From: Candidatus Phoenicimicrobium oleiphilum
Lineage (GTDB): Bacteria; Atribacterota; Phoenicimicrobiia; Phoenicimicrobiales; Phoenicimicrobiaceae
Direction of reading: 5' to 3'
Length of the DNA stretch: 64,000 bases
NCBI GenBank assembly: GCA_039638295.1
Contig: JBDIWJ010000003.1
Span: forward strand, 16,289-80,288
Each line of letters starts with the position of its first letter. The first letter of the stretch is position 1. Below the pieces are notes generated by a model that ran no database searches, was not told where the DNA came from, and saw only the letters and a list, made by a program, of their open reading frames with translations. Shown one piece after another: positions 9,169-20,179 of this stretch. The position numbers and the translations under genes were made by a program.

Positions 9169-10485
9169 ATGGTAGATGTTAAAATAAAAAAGAAAGAAGA
9201 TAATGAAGTAAATCTCGAAATAGAGGTTGATAAATCTGAAGTAAGTAACCAATTAGAAAAAGTATATAATGATTTATCTTATAAAGTAAAAATTCCTGGA
9301 TTTCGAAAGGGTAAAATTCCAAGAAATATTTTAAATTTGCATTTGGGAAAAGAATATTTTTATCAAAAAACTGCCGAAATACTCATACCAGGTAGTTATA
9401 ATGATGCAATAAAAAAAGTAAATATTGAACCGATTGAGCAACCAAGAATTAATATAATCCAGATAGAAGAAGGTAAACCATTGATTTATGAAGCGAGTGT
9501 TCAGGTAAAGCCAGAAGTTAAAATCGGTTCTTTAAAAGAAATAAAAATAAAAAAAGAAAATTTAAAAATAACCAGCGAAGATGTGGAAAATGAAATTAAA
9601 AGAATTCAAGAAAGTCATGCTATTTTAAAAGTAGTTAAAAATCGAGAAGCAAAGGATGGAGACTTTCTAATAATTGATGCTGAAGCTTATATTGAAGGAA
9701 AATTAATAGAAAAAAGCAAGGTCGAAAAACAGATTATTCAATTAGGAAAGAGTGCCATTCCTGAATTTAATGAAAAACTTTTGGGTTGTAAACCGGGAGA
9801 AGAGAAAGAGATAAATATCAATGTTCCTAAAGACGCAAAAGATAAAGAATTAGCAGGCAAAGAAATTATTTATAAAATTAAAGTGTTGGAAATAAAAGAG
9901 AGAGAATTACCTGAATTGAATGATGATTTTGCTAAAACAGTAGGTAAATTTAGCGATTTGAACGATCTCAAGAATTCTATCAATAAGGAGTTAAATAAGC
10001 AAATTGATAGAATTAATAAAAATAATTTTGAGCAAAAATTATTGGATAAAGTAGCTGAAATTTGCGAAGTAAAGGTGCCTGATGTTTTAGTTGAAAGAGA
10101 AGTAAATTATATGATGAAATCTTTAGAGAATGATTTAAAATCCCAAAAGATATCTTCACAAGATTATTATAAGAATATTAATTCTGATGAGGAAACAGTT
10201 AGAAAAGAGTATAAAGTCGTTGCTGAAAGAAGAATAAAGCAAGAATTAATTCTGGATAAAATTGCTCGAGAAAATGGAATTGAGGTTTCTGAAAAAGAGA
10301 TAAAAGATAAAATTAACGATATTGCTAAAGAGATTAAGCAAGACCCATTAAAAGTGGAAGCCAATTTTAAAAAGAATAATAATATAGATTCATTAAGAGA
10401 AAATATAAGGAGAGAAAAAGTAATTGATTATATTGCTAAACAAATTACCATAATTGATTCTGAAAAGGAGGAAAAAACAAAATGA
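9169..10485 (+). CDS. tig: trigger factor
   Basis: 438 aa with N-terminal ribosome-binding motif GFRKGKIPR. Sits upstream of clpP-clpX. Confidence 0.92.
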   Translation: MVDVKIKKKEDNEVNLEIEVDKSEVSNQLEKVYNDLSYKVKIPGFRKGKIPRNILNLHLGKEYFYQKTAEILIPGSYNDAIKKVNIEPIEQPRINIIQIEEGKPLIYEASVQVKPEVKIGSLKEIKIKKENLKITSEDVENEIKRIQESHAILKVVKNREAKDGDFLIIDAEAYIEGKLIEKSKVEKQIIQLGKSAIPEFNEKLLGCKPGEEKEININVPKDAKDKELAGKEIIYKIKVLEIKERELPELNDDFAKTVGKFSDLNDLKNSINKELNKQIDRINKNNFEQKLLDKVAEICEVKVPDVLVEREVNYMMKSLENDLKSQKISSQDYYKNINSDEETVRKEYKVVAERRIKQELILDKIARENGIEVSEKEIKDKINDIAKEIKQDPLKVEANFKKNNNIDSLRENIRREKVIDYIAKQITIIDSEKEEKTK

Positions 10486-11078
10486 CTTTAGTACCTATAG
10501 TAGTAGAACAAACTCCACGAGGAGAGAGATCATATGATATATACTCTCGTTTATTAAAAGATAGAATAATATTTTTAGGAACGGAAATTGATGATGCAAC
10601 AGCAAATACTATAATAGCTCAGTTGCTATTTTTAGAGGCAAGCGATCCTGATAAGGATATTTATGTTTATATAAATAGCCCTGGAGGATCAGTTAGCTCT
10701 ACCATTGCTATATATGATACTATTCAATATATTAGATCCAATGTTTCAACAATATGTGTTGGTATGGCTGCCAGTGGTGCAGCTTTAATATTAGCATGTG
10801 GCACAAAAGGGAAAAGATTTGCTTTACCTAATTCAAGAATTATGGTACATCAACCTTTAGGGGGAGCGCAAGGTCAAGTAACTGATATCGAGATACAAAC
10901 TAAAGAATTAAAAAGAATTAAAAATACTATTAATCAAATATTGACTTATCATACTGGACAACCTTTTGAAAAAATAGAAAGAGATACCGATAGAGATTTT
11001 TATTTAACTGCTCAAGAAGCAAAAGAGTACGGAATAGTTGATGATGTAATAAAAAGTCGAGATGAAGCAATTAAATAG
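10482..11078 (+). CDS. clpP: ATP-dependent Clp protease proteolytic subunit
   Basis: 198 aa. The catalytic Ser context GMAASGAA and the His context MVHQPLGG are present. Confidence 0.95.
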   Translation: MTLVPIVVEQTPRGERSYDIYSRLLKDRIIFLGTEIDDATANTIIAQLLFLEASDPDKDIYVYINSPGGSVSSTIAIYDTIQYIRSNVSTICVGMAASGAALILACGTKGKRFALPNSRIMVHQPLGGAQGQVTDIEIQTKELKRIKNTINQILTYHTGQPFEKIERDTDRDFYLTAQEAKEYGIVDDVIKSRDEAIK

Positions 11079-11202
11079 TATTGAGTATATAGTATTACGT
11101 ATCGAATATCGCGTATCGTGCATTGTACTAATACACTTACTCTATAAGCTATATGCTCTACGCTATAATGTATACGAGATAAGAGAAGGGAGTTGAAAAT
11201 CG

Positions 11203-12474
11203 ATGAAATGTTCATTTTGTGGTAAAAATCAAAATGAAGTACATACAATAATTGCAGGACCAGGAGTTTACATCTGTGATGAATGCATCGAGGTATGTAA
11301 TGATATTATATTAGATAAAAGAATAAAAAAAGATGTAACTTTTAATTTAAAAGAAATACCATCTCCACAAGAAATTAAAAATTATTTAGATAAATATGTC
11401 ATAGGACAAGAGAAAACAAAAAAAATACTTTCGGTAGCTGTATACAATCATTACAGGAGAATTATGAGTAATGATAGTAATAAACAAAATAAAAGGAATA
11501 AAAAAGCTAAAAAACAAAAAGAAGAAATAGAATTAGAAAAAAGTAATATTTTGCTAATAGGGCCTACCGGATGTGGAAAAACTTTATTGGCTCGAACTTT
11601 AGCCAAAAAATTAAATGTACCATTTGTTATTGCCGATGCTACTACCTTAACTGAGGCGGGATATGTAGGTGATGATGTAGAAAATATTTTGTTAAATTTA
11701 CTTAGAGTGGCCGATAATGATATTTTAAAAGCACAGAGAGGTATTATATATATCGATGAGATAGATAAAATCGCTCGAAAATCTGAGAATCCTTCTATAA
11801 CGAGAGATGTTTCAGGAGAAGGTGTTCAGCAGGCACTATTGAAAATTATAGAAGGTACAATTTCGAGTGTTCCGCCTTATGGAGGTCGGAAACATCCACA
11901 AGAAAAGAATATTCAAATAGATACTACCGAAATACTATTTATTTGTGGAGGAACATTTGAAGGATTAGAAAATATAATAAATAATAGGATAGGCAAAAAT
12001 AATATAGGTTTTAAAGCAAATATAAAAAGCAAAAATAATAAGGAGCAAATCTATAAAATAATAGAAAATGTATTACCAGAAGATTTGGTAAAATATGGAT
12101 TGATTCCTGAATTAGTGGGGAGATTGCATATTGTTTCTACTTTGGAAAATTTAGATAGAGATGCTTTGATAAAAATATTAACTGAACCGAGAAATGCAAT
12201 AATAAAACAATATAAAAAAATGTTTAAATTAGAAGGGGTAGAACTAAATTTTACCCCAGATGCTTTAGAAGCAATTGTAGAAGAAAGTATAAAAAGAAAT
12301 ACTGGGGCAAGAGGTTTGCGTTCGATTATGGAAGATTCAATTTTGGATATAATGTATCAAATACCATCAAATAAAAATATTAAGAAATGTACTATTACTA
12401 AAGAAGTTATTAAGAAGAAAGTGATGCCAGAAATAGAAAGATATGAAGAAAGCTTAAAAAAAGAAACTGCATAA
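11203..12474 (+). CDS. clpX: ATP-dependent Clp protease ATP-binding subunit ClpX
   Basis: C4 zinc finger (CSFCGK...CDEC), Walker A (GPTGCGKT) and the GYVG pore loop. Confidence 0.95.
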   Translation: MKCSFCGKNQNEVHTIIAGPGVYICDECIEVCNDIILDKRIKKDVTFNLKEIPSPQEIKNYLDKYVIGQEKTKKILSVAVYNHYRRIMSNDSNKQNKRNKKAKKQKEEIELEKSNILLIGPTGCGKTLLARTLAKKLNVPFVIADATTLTEAGYVGDDVENILLNLLRVADNDILKAQRGIIYIDEIDKIARKSENPSITRDVSGEGVQQALLKIIEGTISSVPPYGGRKHPQEKNIQIDTTEILFICGGTFEGLENIINNRIGKNNIGFKANIKSKNNKEQIYKIIENVLPEDLVKYGLIPELVGRLHIVSTLENLDRDALIKILTEPRNAIIKQYKKMFKLEGVELNFTPDALEAIVEESIKRNTGARGLRSIMEDSILDIMYQIPSNKNIKKCTITKEVIKKKVMPEIERYEESLKKETA

Positions 12475-12530
12475 TAGCGTATAGTGTACAGCGTTGTACG
12501 CCATACAAAAAAGGGAGATTTACATTTTAT

Positions 12531-14888
12531 ATGAATAATAAAAATGCAAAAAGTTTAAACAAAAATGTATTACCAGTATTGCCATTAAGAGACTTAGTGG
12601 TTTTTCCTTATATGATTGTTCCCTTGTTTATAGGAAGAGAACAATCTATTAATTCATTAGAAGAAGCAGTAAACTTAAACAGTCTAATTTTTTTAGTATC
12701 TCAAAAAGACCCTGAAGTAGAGAAACCTGATTTCGAAGACCTTTATTCCGTAGGTACAATTGCCAAAATAATACAAATATATAAATTACCTGATGATACT
12801 ATCAAAGTATTGGTAGAAGGAATAAGTAGAGCAAAAATTGTTGATATAGAAGAAAATGAAAATTTACTTAGGGTAAAAATAGAAAAAATTAAGACGAAAA
12901 CTATAAAAAATTTAGAAACCAAAGCTTTAATGAGGTTAACGGTAAAAGAATTTGAGCAGTATTTAAAATTAAATGATAAACTACCCCCTGAAATAATGTT
13001 TTCGATAACAAATATTGAGAAGCCAGATAAATTAGCCGATTTAATTGCTTCAAATCTAATTTTAAAGGTAAAAGAGAAACAAGAATTATTAGAAATATCT
13101 AATCCTTCCCAGAGGTTAGAAAGATTAATTACCATATTAAAAAAAGAAATAATTATTTTAAAATTAGAACAAAAGATTCAAAATAGAGTAGAAGGGACAT
13201 TAGAAAAAATTCAAAGAGAATATTATCTAAAGGAACAGTTAAAAGAGATTCAAAAAGAATTGGGTAATAATGGAAGAGACATTTTCGAAGTTAAAGGTGA
13301 GGCTGAAGAATTCAAAGAGAAGATAAAATCTTTAAAATTAAACAAAGAACTGGAGGAAAGATTATTAAAGGAAACTTCACGTTTAGAAAAAATACCAATT
13401 TTGTCTGCAGAAAGTGGAGTAATAATAAATTATTTAGAATGGATTTTATCCCTTCCCTGGAATAAGAAGACGAAAGAAAAATTAGATATAAAATTAGTTG
13501 AAAAGATATTGGATGAAGATCACTATGGTTTAACAGATGTCAAAGAAAGAATTTTGGAATACTTAGCGGTAAGAAAGTTAAGGAAAAATAATAAGAAGGG
13601 GGTCATACTTTGTTTGGTAGGACCACCCGGAGTAGGCAAGACCTCTTTAGCAAAATCTATTGCGCGAGCAATGGGAAGAAACTTTGTAATGGTTTCTTTA
13701 GGAGGTGTTCGGGACGAGGCAGAAATACGGGGGCACAGAAAAACTTATATAGGTTCTATGCCAGGAAGAATTATAAAAGGAATAGTTAATGCAAAATCTA
13801 AGAATCCAGTTTTTTTATTAGATGAAATTGATAAAATGGGTATGGATTTTAGAGGTGATCCTGCTTCTGCACTTTTAGAAGTATTAGACCCTGAACAGAA
13901 TAGTAATTTTGTTGACCATTATCTCGAAATACCTTTTGATTTATCAGAAGTAATGTTCATTACTACTGCTAATGTAGATGATGAAATACCCTATTCACTC
14001 AGGGATAGAATGGAGATAATTAATATTCCTGGGTACACAGATTATGAAAAAGTAAAAATTAGTCAATTCTTTTTAATTCCTAAACAATTAAAGAACCATG
14101 GCTTTAAAAAAGAAGATATAGAGATATCGGAAAAAGCTATTAAAAAAGTAATTAGAGAATATACTCGTGAGGCAGGAGTACGTGGATTAGAAAAAGAGAT
14201 CGCCTCTATATGCAGAAAAGTGGCTCTAAAAATTACTTACTCTAAAAAGAAAAAAAGAGTGAAGATTACTTTAAATAATTTGGAGAATTATTTGGGTATA
14301 CCCAGATATAAATATAATAATGTTGAAAAAGAAGATATGATTGGATTAGCAACAGGTTTAGCCTGGACCGAGGCAGGAGGAGAGATATTATCAGTTGAAA
14401 CAATAGTAATGCCCGGGAAAGGCAAATTAACTCTTACTGGTCAATTAGGGGAAGTAATGCAAGAATCGGGAAAGGCTGCACTAACTTATGCCCGTTCTCG
14501 TGCCAAAAAATTTAAGATAAAAAATAAATTTTACGAAAACTATGATATTCATGTTCATATACCAGAAGGTGCCATACCTAAGGATGGACCATCAGCTGGA
14601 GTAACAATGGCTACTTCTTTAATTTCATCACTTACTGAAATTCCAGTTCGAAAAGATGTGGCAATGACTGGAGAAATCACTTTAAGAGGAAGAGTTCTGC
14701 CAGTTGGAGGTTTAAAGGAAAAGATACTTGCTGCCTATCAGTCTGGTATCAAAACGATAATAATTCCTAAAGAAAATATTAAAAATATAGATGATTTACC
14801 TAATAACATTAAAAAAAGATTAAAATTTGTTGCGGTAAATAATATCGATGATGTCTTAAAAACTGCGCTTACCAGATGTCCTTTTTAA
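12531..14888 (+). CDS. lon: Lon protease
   Basis: 785 aa with a LON N-domain, an AAA+ domain (GPPGVGKTS) and a Ser-Lys dyad (PKDGPSAG). Confidence 0.95.
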   Translation: MNNKNAKSLNKNVLPVLPLRDLVVFPYMIVPLFIGREQSINSLEEAVNLNSLIFLVSQKDPEVEKPDFEDLYSVGTIAKIIQIYKLPDDTIKVLVEGISRAKIVDIEENENLLRVKIEKIKTKTIKNLETKALMRLTVKEFEQYLKLNDKLPPEIMFSITNIEKPDKLADLIASNLILKVKEKQELLEISNPSQRLERLITILKKEIIILKLEQKIQNRVEGTLEKIQREYYLKEQLKEIQKELGNNGRDIFEVKGEAEEFKEKIKSLKLNKELEERLLKETSRLEKIPILSAESGVIINYLEWILSLPWNKKTKEKLDIKLVEKILDEDHYGLTDVKERILEYLAVRKLRKNNKKGVILCLVGPPGVGKTSLAKSIARAMGRNFVMVSLGGVRDEAEIRGHRKTYIGSMPGRIIKGIVNAKSKNPVFLLDEIDKMGMDFRGDPASALLEVLDPEQNSNFVDHYLEIPFDLSEVMFITTANVDDEIPYSLRDRMEIINIPGYTDYEKVKISQFFLIPKQLKNHGFKKEDIEISEKAIKKVIREYTREAGVRGLEKEIASICRKVALKITYSKKKKRVKITLNNLENYLGIPRYKYNNVEKEDMIGLATGLAWTEAGGEILSVETIVMPGKGKLTLTGQLGEVMQESGKAALTYARSRAKKFKIKNKFYENYDIHVHIPEGAIPKDGPSAGVTMATSLISSLTEIPVRKDVAMTGEITLRGRVLPVGGLKEKILAAYQSGIKTIIIPKENIKNIDDLPNNIKKRLKFVAVNNIDDVLKTALTRCPF

Positions 14889-15059
14889 AAATACCATAAC
14901 AGTATCGAGTATCAAGTATATAGTATCCAGTAAAGAGAAAAAAAGAAAGAGAGAATGACTGAAAAATAAAATATATTTATCGGACGACGATAAAACTAAT
15001 AAAAAAATTATAATTTAAATTTATGATTATAACCCAAAAAGTGAAAAATATTTAAATTT

Positions 15060-15088
15060 TTGACAGATAAAATAATTTATAGTAATAT
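15060..15088 (+). promoter_or_regulatory. sigma-70 promoter for the valS leader
   Basis: TTGACA (15060-15065), a 17-nt spacer, then TAATAT (15083-15088). Confidence 0.6.
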
Positions 15089-15096
15089 ATATTAAA

Positions 15097-15341
15097 ATTA
15101 AGAAATATGCTATAAGGGGAAGAGTAGAAGGACATAAATATTTATTGCCTTTTATCGAAAGTCCTCCCCCAGCTGTTAATCTGAAAAATAAAAGTAGGAT
15201 TAACCGGTAGTTACGTTATAACTTAAAAATAGAGAGCCTGTTAATTTTATTTTTACAAAAAATATTTAATACAGGAATTAAGGTGGTACCACGGAAAGAC
15301 TCCTTTCGCCCTTTTAAGAAGCGAAGGGAGTCTTCTGTTTT
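15097..15341 (+). promoter_or_regulatory. T-box riboswitch leader of valS
   Basis: Canonical T-box sequence aattaaGGTGGTACCaCGG at 15277-15294. It is followed immediately by a terminator hairpin (gactcctttcgc/gcgaagggagtc) and ttctgtttt. Stem I has an AGAGTAG (AG-box-like) motif. Confidence 0.8.
15298..15341 (+). terminator. T-box attenuator terminator
   Basis: 12-bp stem with a U-tract. It overlaps the antiterminator and T-box. Confidence 0.75.
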
Positions 15342-15362
15342 AGATTTAAGGAGGATTAAATA

Positions 15363-18035
15363 ATGAAAAAAATAAATAATAGTGACATCCAGTCAGTATA
15401 CAATCCCAGGGCAGTTGAAGAAAAATGGTATAAATTCTGGCTGGAAAAAAATTATTTTAAAGCGAAAATCCAATTTGATAAAGAAAAAAATTATTCTATA
15501 GTTATACCTCCCCCTAATGTTACTGGTTCATTACATATTGGACATGCTTTAAACAATACTCTACAAGACATTTTAGTTAGATGGAAAAGAATGGAAGGTT
15601 ACAACACTCTTTGGTTACCAGGAACTGACCATGCAGGAATTGCTACCCAAAATGTAGTGGAAAGAGAAATAGCCAAAGAGGGGAAAAACAGATATGATTT
15701 GGGAAGAGAAAAATTCCTGGAAAGGGTGTGGCAGTGGAAGGAAAAATACGGGAATAACATTATAAATCAATTGAAAAGATTGGGATTTTCTTGTGATTGG
15801 TCACGATTAAGATTTACTTTAGATGAAGGGCTTTCCAGGGCTGTTAGAAGGGTATTTGTACAGTTATATAAAGAGGGACTGATATATCGGGAAAATTATG
15901 TAATAAATTGGTGTCCCAGATGCCAGACTGCTTTAGCAGATATTGAAGTAGTTTCGGTAGAAGAAAATGCTAATCTCTATTATATAAACTATCCCATTAA
16001 AGATTCTGAAGAGGTAATTTCAGTGGCTACTGTTCGCCCTGAAACAATGCTTGGTGATACGGCAGTAGCGGTTCATCCTGATGACAAAAGATACAAAAAA
16101 TATATTGGTAAAACTGCTATATTACCTTTAGTGGGGAGAGAACTACCAATAATCGCTGATAGTTATGTTGACCCTGAATTTGGTACAGGGGCAGTAAAGA
16201 TAACTCCTGCTCATGATTTAAATGATTTTGAATTAGGCAAACGTCATAGTCTTCAAATGATCAATTTATTAAAAAATGATGGAACTATGAACGAGCAAGC
16301 AGGGAAATATAAAGGCTTGAGTGTAACAGAATGTCGAGAAAAAGTGGTAAAAGAATTGAAAGAAAAAGGATACTTAATAAAAATTGAAGATTATCAACAT
16401 TCAATAGGGCATTGTTATAGATGCGGTACCATTATCGAACCATATCTTTCTAAACAATGGTTTGTGAAGATGAAGGAACTTGCACTACCAGCAATTTCAG
16501 CGGTCGAGGAAGGTAAAATTGAATTTATACCTTCTCGCTGGGATAAGGTATATTATGAGTGGATGAAAAATATTAAAGATTGGTGTATTTCGCGCCAATT
16601 ATGGTGGGGGCACCGTATTCCAGTATGGTATTGCCAGGATTGTTTAGAATTAAATGTCGAAGAAGATGCTCCTTCATTTTGTAAAAAATGTGGCAGCTAT
16701 AATTTAGTACAAGATCCTGATGTTTTAGATACCTGGTTTAGTTCAGCTTTATGGCCTTTTTCTACTTTAGGATGGCCAGAAGTAACTGATGACTTGAAAT
16801 GTTTTTATCCAACTTCAGTTTTAGTTACCGGTTTTGATATAATATTCTTTTGGGTAGCTCGAATGATAATGATGGGGCTGAAATTTTGTGGAGACGTACC
16901 CTTTAAAAAAGTTTATATAAATCCCTTGATTAGAGATGCAGAAGGCAAAAAAATGAGTAAATCAAAGGGGAATGTTATAGATCCCTTAACGATTGTCGAA
17001 GAATATGGATCTGATGCTTTAAGAATTACACTTGCCTCACTAACTATTCAAGGAAATTATATCTGTTTATCTGAAGAAAGAATTAAAGGGTTCAGGAATT
17101 TTACTAATAAAATATGGAATGTATCAAGATTTTCAATGATGAACCTTAAGGATTTTAATATTGATAAAATAGAAAAGGATAAATTGAAAATGTCCTTAGC
17201 TGATAAATGGATAATCAGTCGGTTAAACAGGGCAATAAAGAAGACTAGTGATTATCTTAATGAGTTTAAGTTTGGAGAAGCTGCAAAAACTATTTATGAA
17301 TTTAGTTGGAATGAATTTTGTGATTGGTATATAGAATTTATTAAACCAAGATTATATCAAGAAGAAGATGAGATTGGAAAACAGACAGCTCAATATATCT
17401 TGTGGATAACTTTGGAAAATACTTTAAAACTTTTACATCCTTTTATGCCTTTTATAACTGAAGAAATTTGGCAAAAAATTCCTCACAAAGGGAAAAGTAT
17501 TATGATTTCATATTGGCCCAAATATAATATGGAATGTGTAGATAAAGATACAGAAGAAAAGATGAGTAAAATTATGGATATAATTAGAACGATTAGAAAA
17601 ATCAAATCAGATATGAATATTCCATATAGCAAAAAGATAAATTTGTATCTTAATATTGCCCAGGATAAAAATTTGTTAGAACTAATAAAGGAAAATATCT
17701 ATTATATAGAATCATTAATCAAAATAGAATCATTAAATATTGGAACAAATATTACAAAACCGCCTTACTCAGCAACTGGTGTTTTGGAAGGTGTAGAAAT
17801 ATTTATTCCTTTGAAAGATATAATTAATATTCCAGAAGAGATAAGCCGTTTAGAGAAAAGATTACTTAAGGTAAAAAATGAGTTAGATATTGTATGCAGA
17901 AAATTAACTAATCAAGATTTTTTAGCCAAAGCTCCTGATGAGGTAATTAAGAAGAAGAAAGAGAAAGCAGATGAATTGCAGGATATCAAAGAAAGATTGG
18001 AAAATCACTTAAAAACCTTAAATAGTGGCAAATAG
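15363..18035 (+). CDS. valS: valine--tRNA ligase
   Basis: 890 aa with HIGH (PNVTGSLHIGH) and KMSKS motifs and a C-terminal coiled coil. Confidence 0.96.
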   Translation: MKKINNSDIQSVYNPRAVEEKWYKFWLEKNYFKAKIQFDKEKNYSIVIPPPNVTGSLHIGHALNNTLQDILVRWKRMEGYNTLWLPGTDHAGIATQNVVEREIAKEGKNRYDLGREKFLERVWQWKEKYGNNIINQLKRLGFSCDWSRLRFTLDEGLSRAVRRVFVQLYKEGLIYRENYVINWCPRCQTALADIEVVSVEENANLYYINYPIKDSEEVISVATVRPETMLGDTAVAVHPDDKRYKKYIGKTAILPLVGRELPIIADSYVDPEFGTGAVKITPAHDLNDFELGKRHSLQMINLLKNDGTMNEQAGKYKGLSVTECREKVVKELKEKGYLIKIEDYQHSIGHCYRCGTIIEPYLSKQWFVKMKELALPAISAVEEGKIEFIPSRWDKVYYEWMKNIKDWCISRQLWWGHRIPVWYCQDCLELNVEEDAPSFCKKCGSYNLVQDPDVLDTWFSSALWPFSTLGWPEVTDDLKCFYPTSVLVTGFDIIFFWVARMIMMGLKFCGDVPFKKVYINPLIRDAEGKKMSKSKGNVIDPLTIVEEYGSDALRITLASLTIQGNYICLSEERIKGFRNFTNKIWNVSRFSMMNLKDFNIDKIEKDKLKMSLADKWIISRLNRAIKKTSDYLNEFKFGEAAKTIYEFSWNEFCDWYIEFIKPRLYQEEDEIGKQTAQYILWITLENTLKLLHPFMPFITEEIWQKIPHKGKSIMISYWPKYNMECVDKDTEEKMSKIMDIIRTIRKIKSDMNIPYSKKINLYLNIAQDKNLLELIKENIYYIESLIKIESLNIGTNITKPPYSATGVLEGVEIFIPLKDIINIPEEISRLEKRLLKVKNELDIVCRKLTNQDFLAKAPDEVIKKKKEKADELQDIKERLENHLKTLNSGK

Positions 18036-18120
18036 TCGTTAGTGAATAGTGAATAGTAAGGAAGGTAATTGAAAAGTAGAGGTGTGGTGCTTATACTAAC
18101 GACTATTCACTATTAACTAA
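18033..18120. repeat. heptamer-tiled inverted-repeat element
   Basis: The arm tagtcgttagtgaatagtgaatagta faces the arm tactaacgactattcactattaacta. The element overlaps the valS stop. Confidence 0.8.
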
Positions 18121-18142
18121 CAACTGATTTGTAGAGGTGAGT

Positions 18143-19462
18143 ATGATAACTTATGCGGAAGCATTAGGCTATATTTATAATTTAAACAAATATGGAATAA
18201 AATTAGGTCTAAATAATATATCCTATTTACTTTTTCTTTTAGGTAACCCTCATAAAAATTTAAATATAATTCATATTGGGGGAACTAATGGAAAAGGGTC
18301 AACTGCTGCAATGATAAGCTCAATACTTCAAGCTAATGGTTTCAAAACTGGTCTTTACACTTCACCTCATTTAGTAGATTTCACTGAAAGAATGAAAATA
18401 AATTCACAAAACATAAGCCAGGAAAAGGTATGTGAATTATTAGAAAGGATCAAGCCTTATATTGAGGAAGTTTCTAACACTGCAGGGTATAACCATCCCA
18501 CTTTCTTTGAAGTAATTACCGCAATGGCTTTTCTTTATTTTTATGAAGAGAAAGTAGATTTTTTAGTTTTAGAAGTTGGATTGGGTGGACGGTTAGATGC
18601 TACTAATGTTTGTCAACCACTAATATCAGTTATTACCCAGATTGATTATGACCATATGGATAAATTAGGAAATAGTTTAAAAGAAATTGCCAGAGAGAAA
18701 AGTGGAATTATTAAATCTGGAGAAATTGTAATTTCTTCATCTCAATATGATGAAGCCTATAATGAAATTAAAAAAATAACTGATGAAAGAAATTCCCCCC
18801 TTTTTAGTATAGGTAAAGAGATAAATTACCAAATAAAAAAAACTGATATTAAAGGAAGTATATTTGATTTAAAAGGAATTTACAATGAATATAAAGATTT
18901 GCACGTTTCATTAATAGGTAAACATCAGGTGGATAACGCCGCTACAGCTATTGCAGCTATTGAAGCTCTTAGAATTAAAGGATTAAGCATTCCCACAAAA
19001 GCAATAAGAGATGGTTTGGAAAAGGTAAGGTGGGAAGGAAGGCTTGAAATTATCCAATATGATCCTCTGTTAGTCTTAGATGGGGCGCATAACCCCAATG
19101 GGATCAAGATAGTTCGACAAACCTTGGAAGAGTTATTTTCTTATAATCGGCTCATTTTGGTATTAGCTATTTTCTCTGACAAAGATTATAAAAAGATGAT
19201 CCAGATTATATCACCACTTGCTGATTTAATTATTACTACTAAAGCAGAAAATCCTCGAGCAACCCCTCCTCAGGTAATTGCTAAAGAAGCAGAACAGTAT
19301 AAAAATAAAAAAAAGATAATTGTTACTGAAAATATTACCCAGGCTATAAACTGTGCTTTATCAAATTCTAAAAAGAACGATTTAATATGCATAACTGGTT
19401 CTCTATATACAGTAGGTGAAGCAAAGAGGTACTTTATATATAAAAATTTAGTTAAAATTTAA
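18143..19462 (+). CDS. folC: bifunctional folylpolyglutamate synthase / dihydrofolate synthase
   Basis: Mur ligase family with GTNGKGST P-loop. The start is ATG 18143, 5 nt after GAGGTGA; the ORF-track GTG at 18137 overlaps this RBS. Confidence 0.88.
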   Translation: MITYAEALGYIYNLNKYGIKLGLNNISYLLFLLGNPHKNLNIIHIGGTNGKGSTAAMISSILQANGFKTGLYTSPHLVDFTERMKINSQNISQEKVCELLERIKPYIEEVSNTAGYNHPTFFEVITAMAFLYFYEEKVDFLVLEVGLGGRLDATNVCQPLISVITQIDYDHMDKLGNSLKEIAREKSGIIKSGEIVISSSQYDEAYNEIKKITDERNSPLFSIGKEINYQIKKTDIKGSIFDLKGIYNEYKDLHVSLIGKHQVDNAATAIAAIEALRIKGLSIPTKAIRDGLEKVRWEGRLEIIQYDPLLVLDGAHNPNGIKIVRQTLEELFSYNRLILVLAIFSDKDYKKMIQIISPLADLIITTKAENPRATPPQVIAKEAEQYKNKKKIIVTENITQAINCALSNSKKNDLICITGSLYTVGEAKRYFIYKNLVKI

Positions 19463-19555
19463 AACTCTTAACTAGTCATTGTGTCCCTACAACTCACCTT
19501 TCGTTTTAAGCTTAAAATAATAAACGATACAAAAGAAGTAAGGAGTAAAAAGATT

Positions 19556-20179
19556 ATGTTTAATCTTTCTAATCAGGAAAAGATTACAATAATTTTTTTA
19601 TTAATAATTATAGTAATAGTTTCTGGAGTAATTTTATATAGAAATATAAATTTTGAGGAAAAATTTACTATAAATCCTACAAAAAATTCTATGGAAAATA
19701 ATTCTACAGTAAAAATAGAAGTTCCTCCGGTTATAATTCATATCACTGGAGCAGTTAATAATCCGGGTGTTTATCAATTAAAATCAACAGATAGAATTAT
19801 TGATGCAGTAAAAATTGCTGGAGGAGCAACCGAAGAAGCAAACTTAGACGCGGTTAACTTAGCTTCCCTTCTAAAAGATGGTCAAAAAATAATTATACCT
19901 TATAGAATTGTAAGAAGTCCTGAAGAAAACTCTGGTGATAATTCATATAAAAATATCAATAGTATATATCCTTCGTCCCATTCGGATAAAATAAATATTA
20001 ATACTGCTAATTCTAACCTTTTACAATCTTTACCCGGGATTGGCCCAGTTCTTTCGGAAAGGATAGTAGAATATAGAAATCAGAACGGATTTTTTAACTC
20101 TATTGATGATATAAAAGATGTTTCAGGGATTGGAGAAAAAAAGTTTGAAGGAATTAAAGATCTAATTTGTGTCCAATAA
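19556..20179 (+). CDS. comEA: competence protein ComEA (membrane-anchored DNA receptor, SLBB + helix-hairpin-helix)
   Basis: The ATG at 19556 is preceded by AAGGAG. It has an N-terminal TM helix and C-terminal HhH motifs (LPGIGPVLSERIVEYR...GIGEKKF). Confidence 0.85.
   Translation: MFNLSNQEKITIIFLLIIIVIVSGVILYRNINFEEKFTINPTKNSMENNSTVKIEVPPVIIHITGAVNNPGVYQLKSTDRIIDAVKIAGGATEEANLDAVNLASLLKDGQKIIIPYRIVRSPEENSGDNSYKNINSIYPSSHSDKININTANSNLLQSLPGIGPVLSERIVEYRNQNGFFNSIDDIKDVSGIGEKKFEGIKDLICVQ

Noticed and set aside
12743-13135. 130-aa antisense ORF within lon
   Set aside because: These share several features: they are on the opposite strand of strongly supported genes, have low-complexity I/F/S-rich translations and lack an RBS. 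That makes them typical antisense artefacts in AT-rich DNA. The same holds for 31551-31943 within dnaK, 45522-45914 within pnp, 52676-53191 overlapping the BMP gene, and the other - strand ORFs in the track.
20167-20179. Alternative later start for comEC to avoid the 13-nt overlap with comEA
   Set aside because: No in-frame ATG, GTG or TTG follows until well inside the first TM segment. TTG 20167 with translational coupling is the simplest model.
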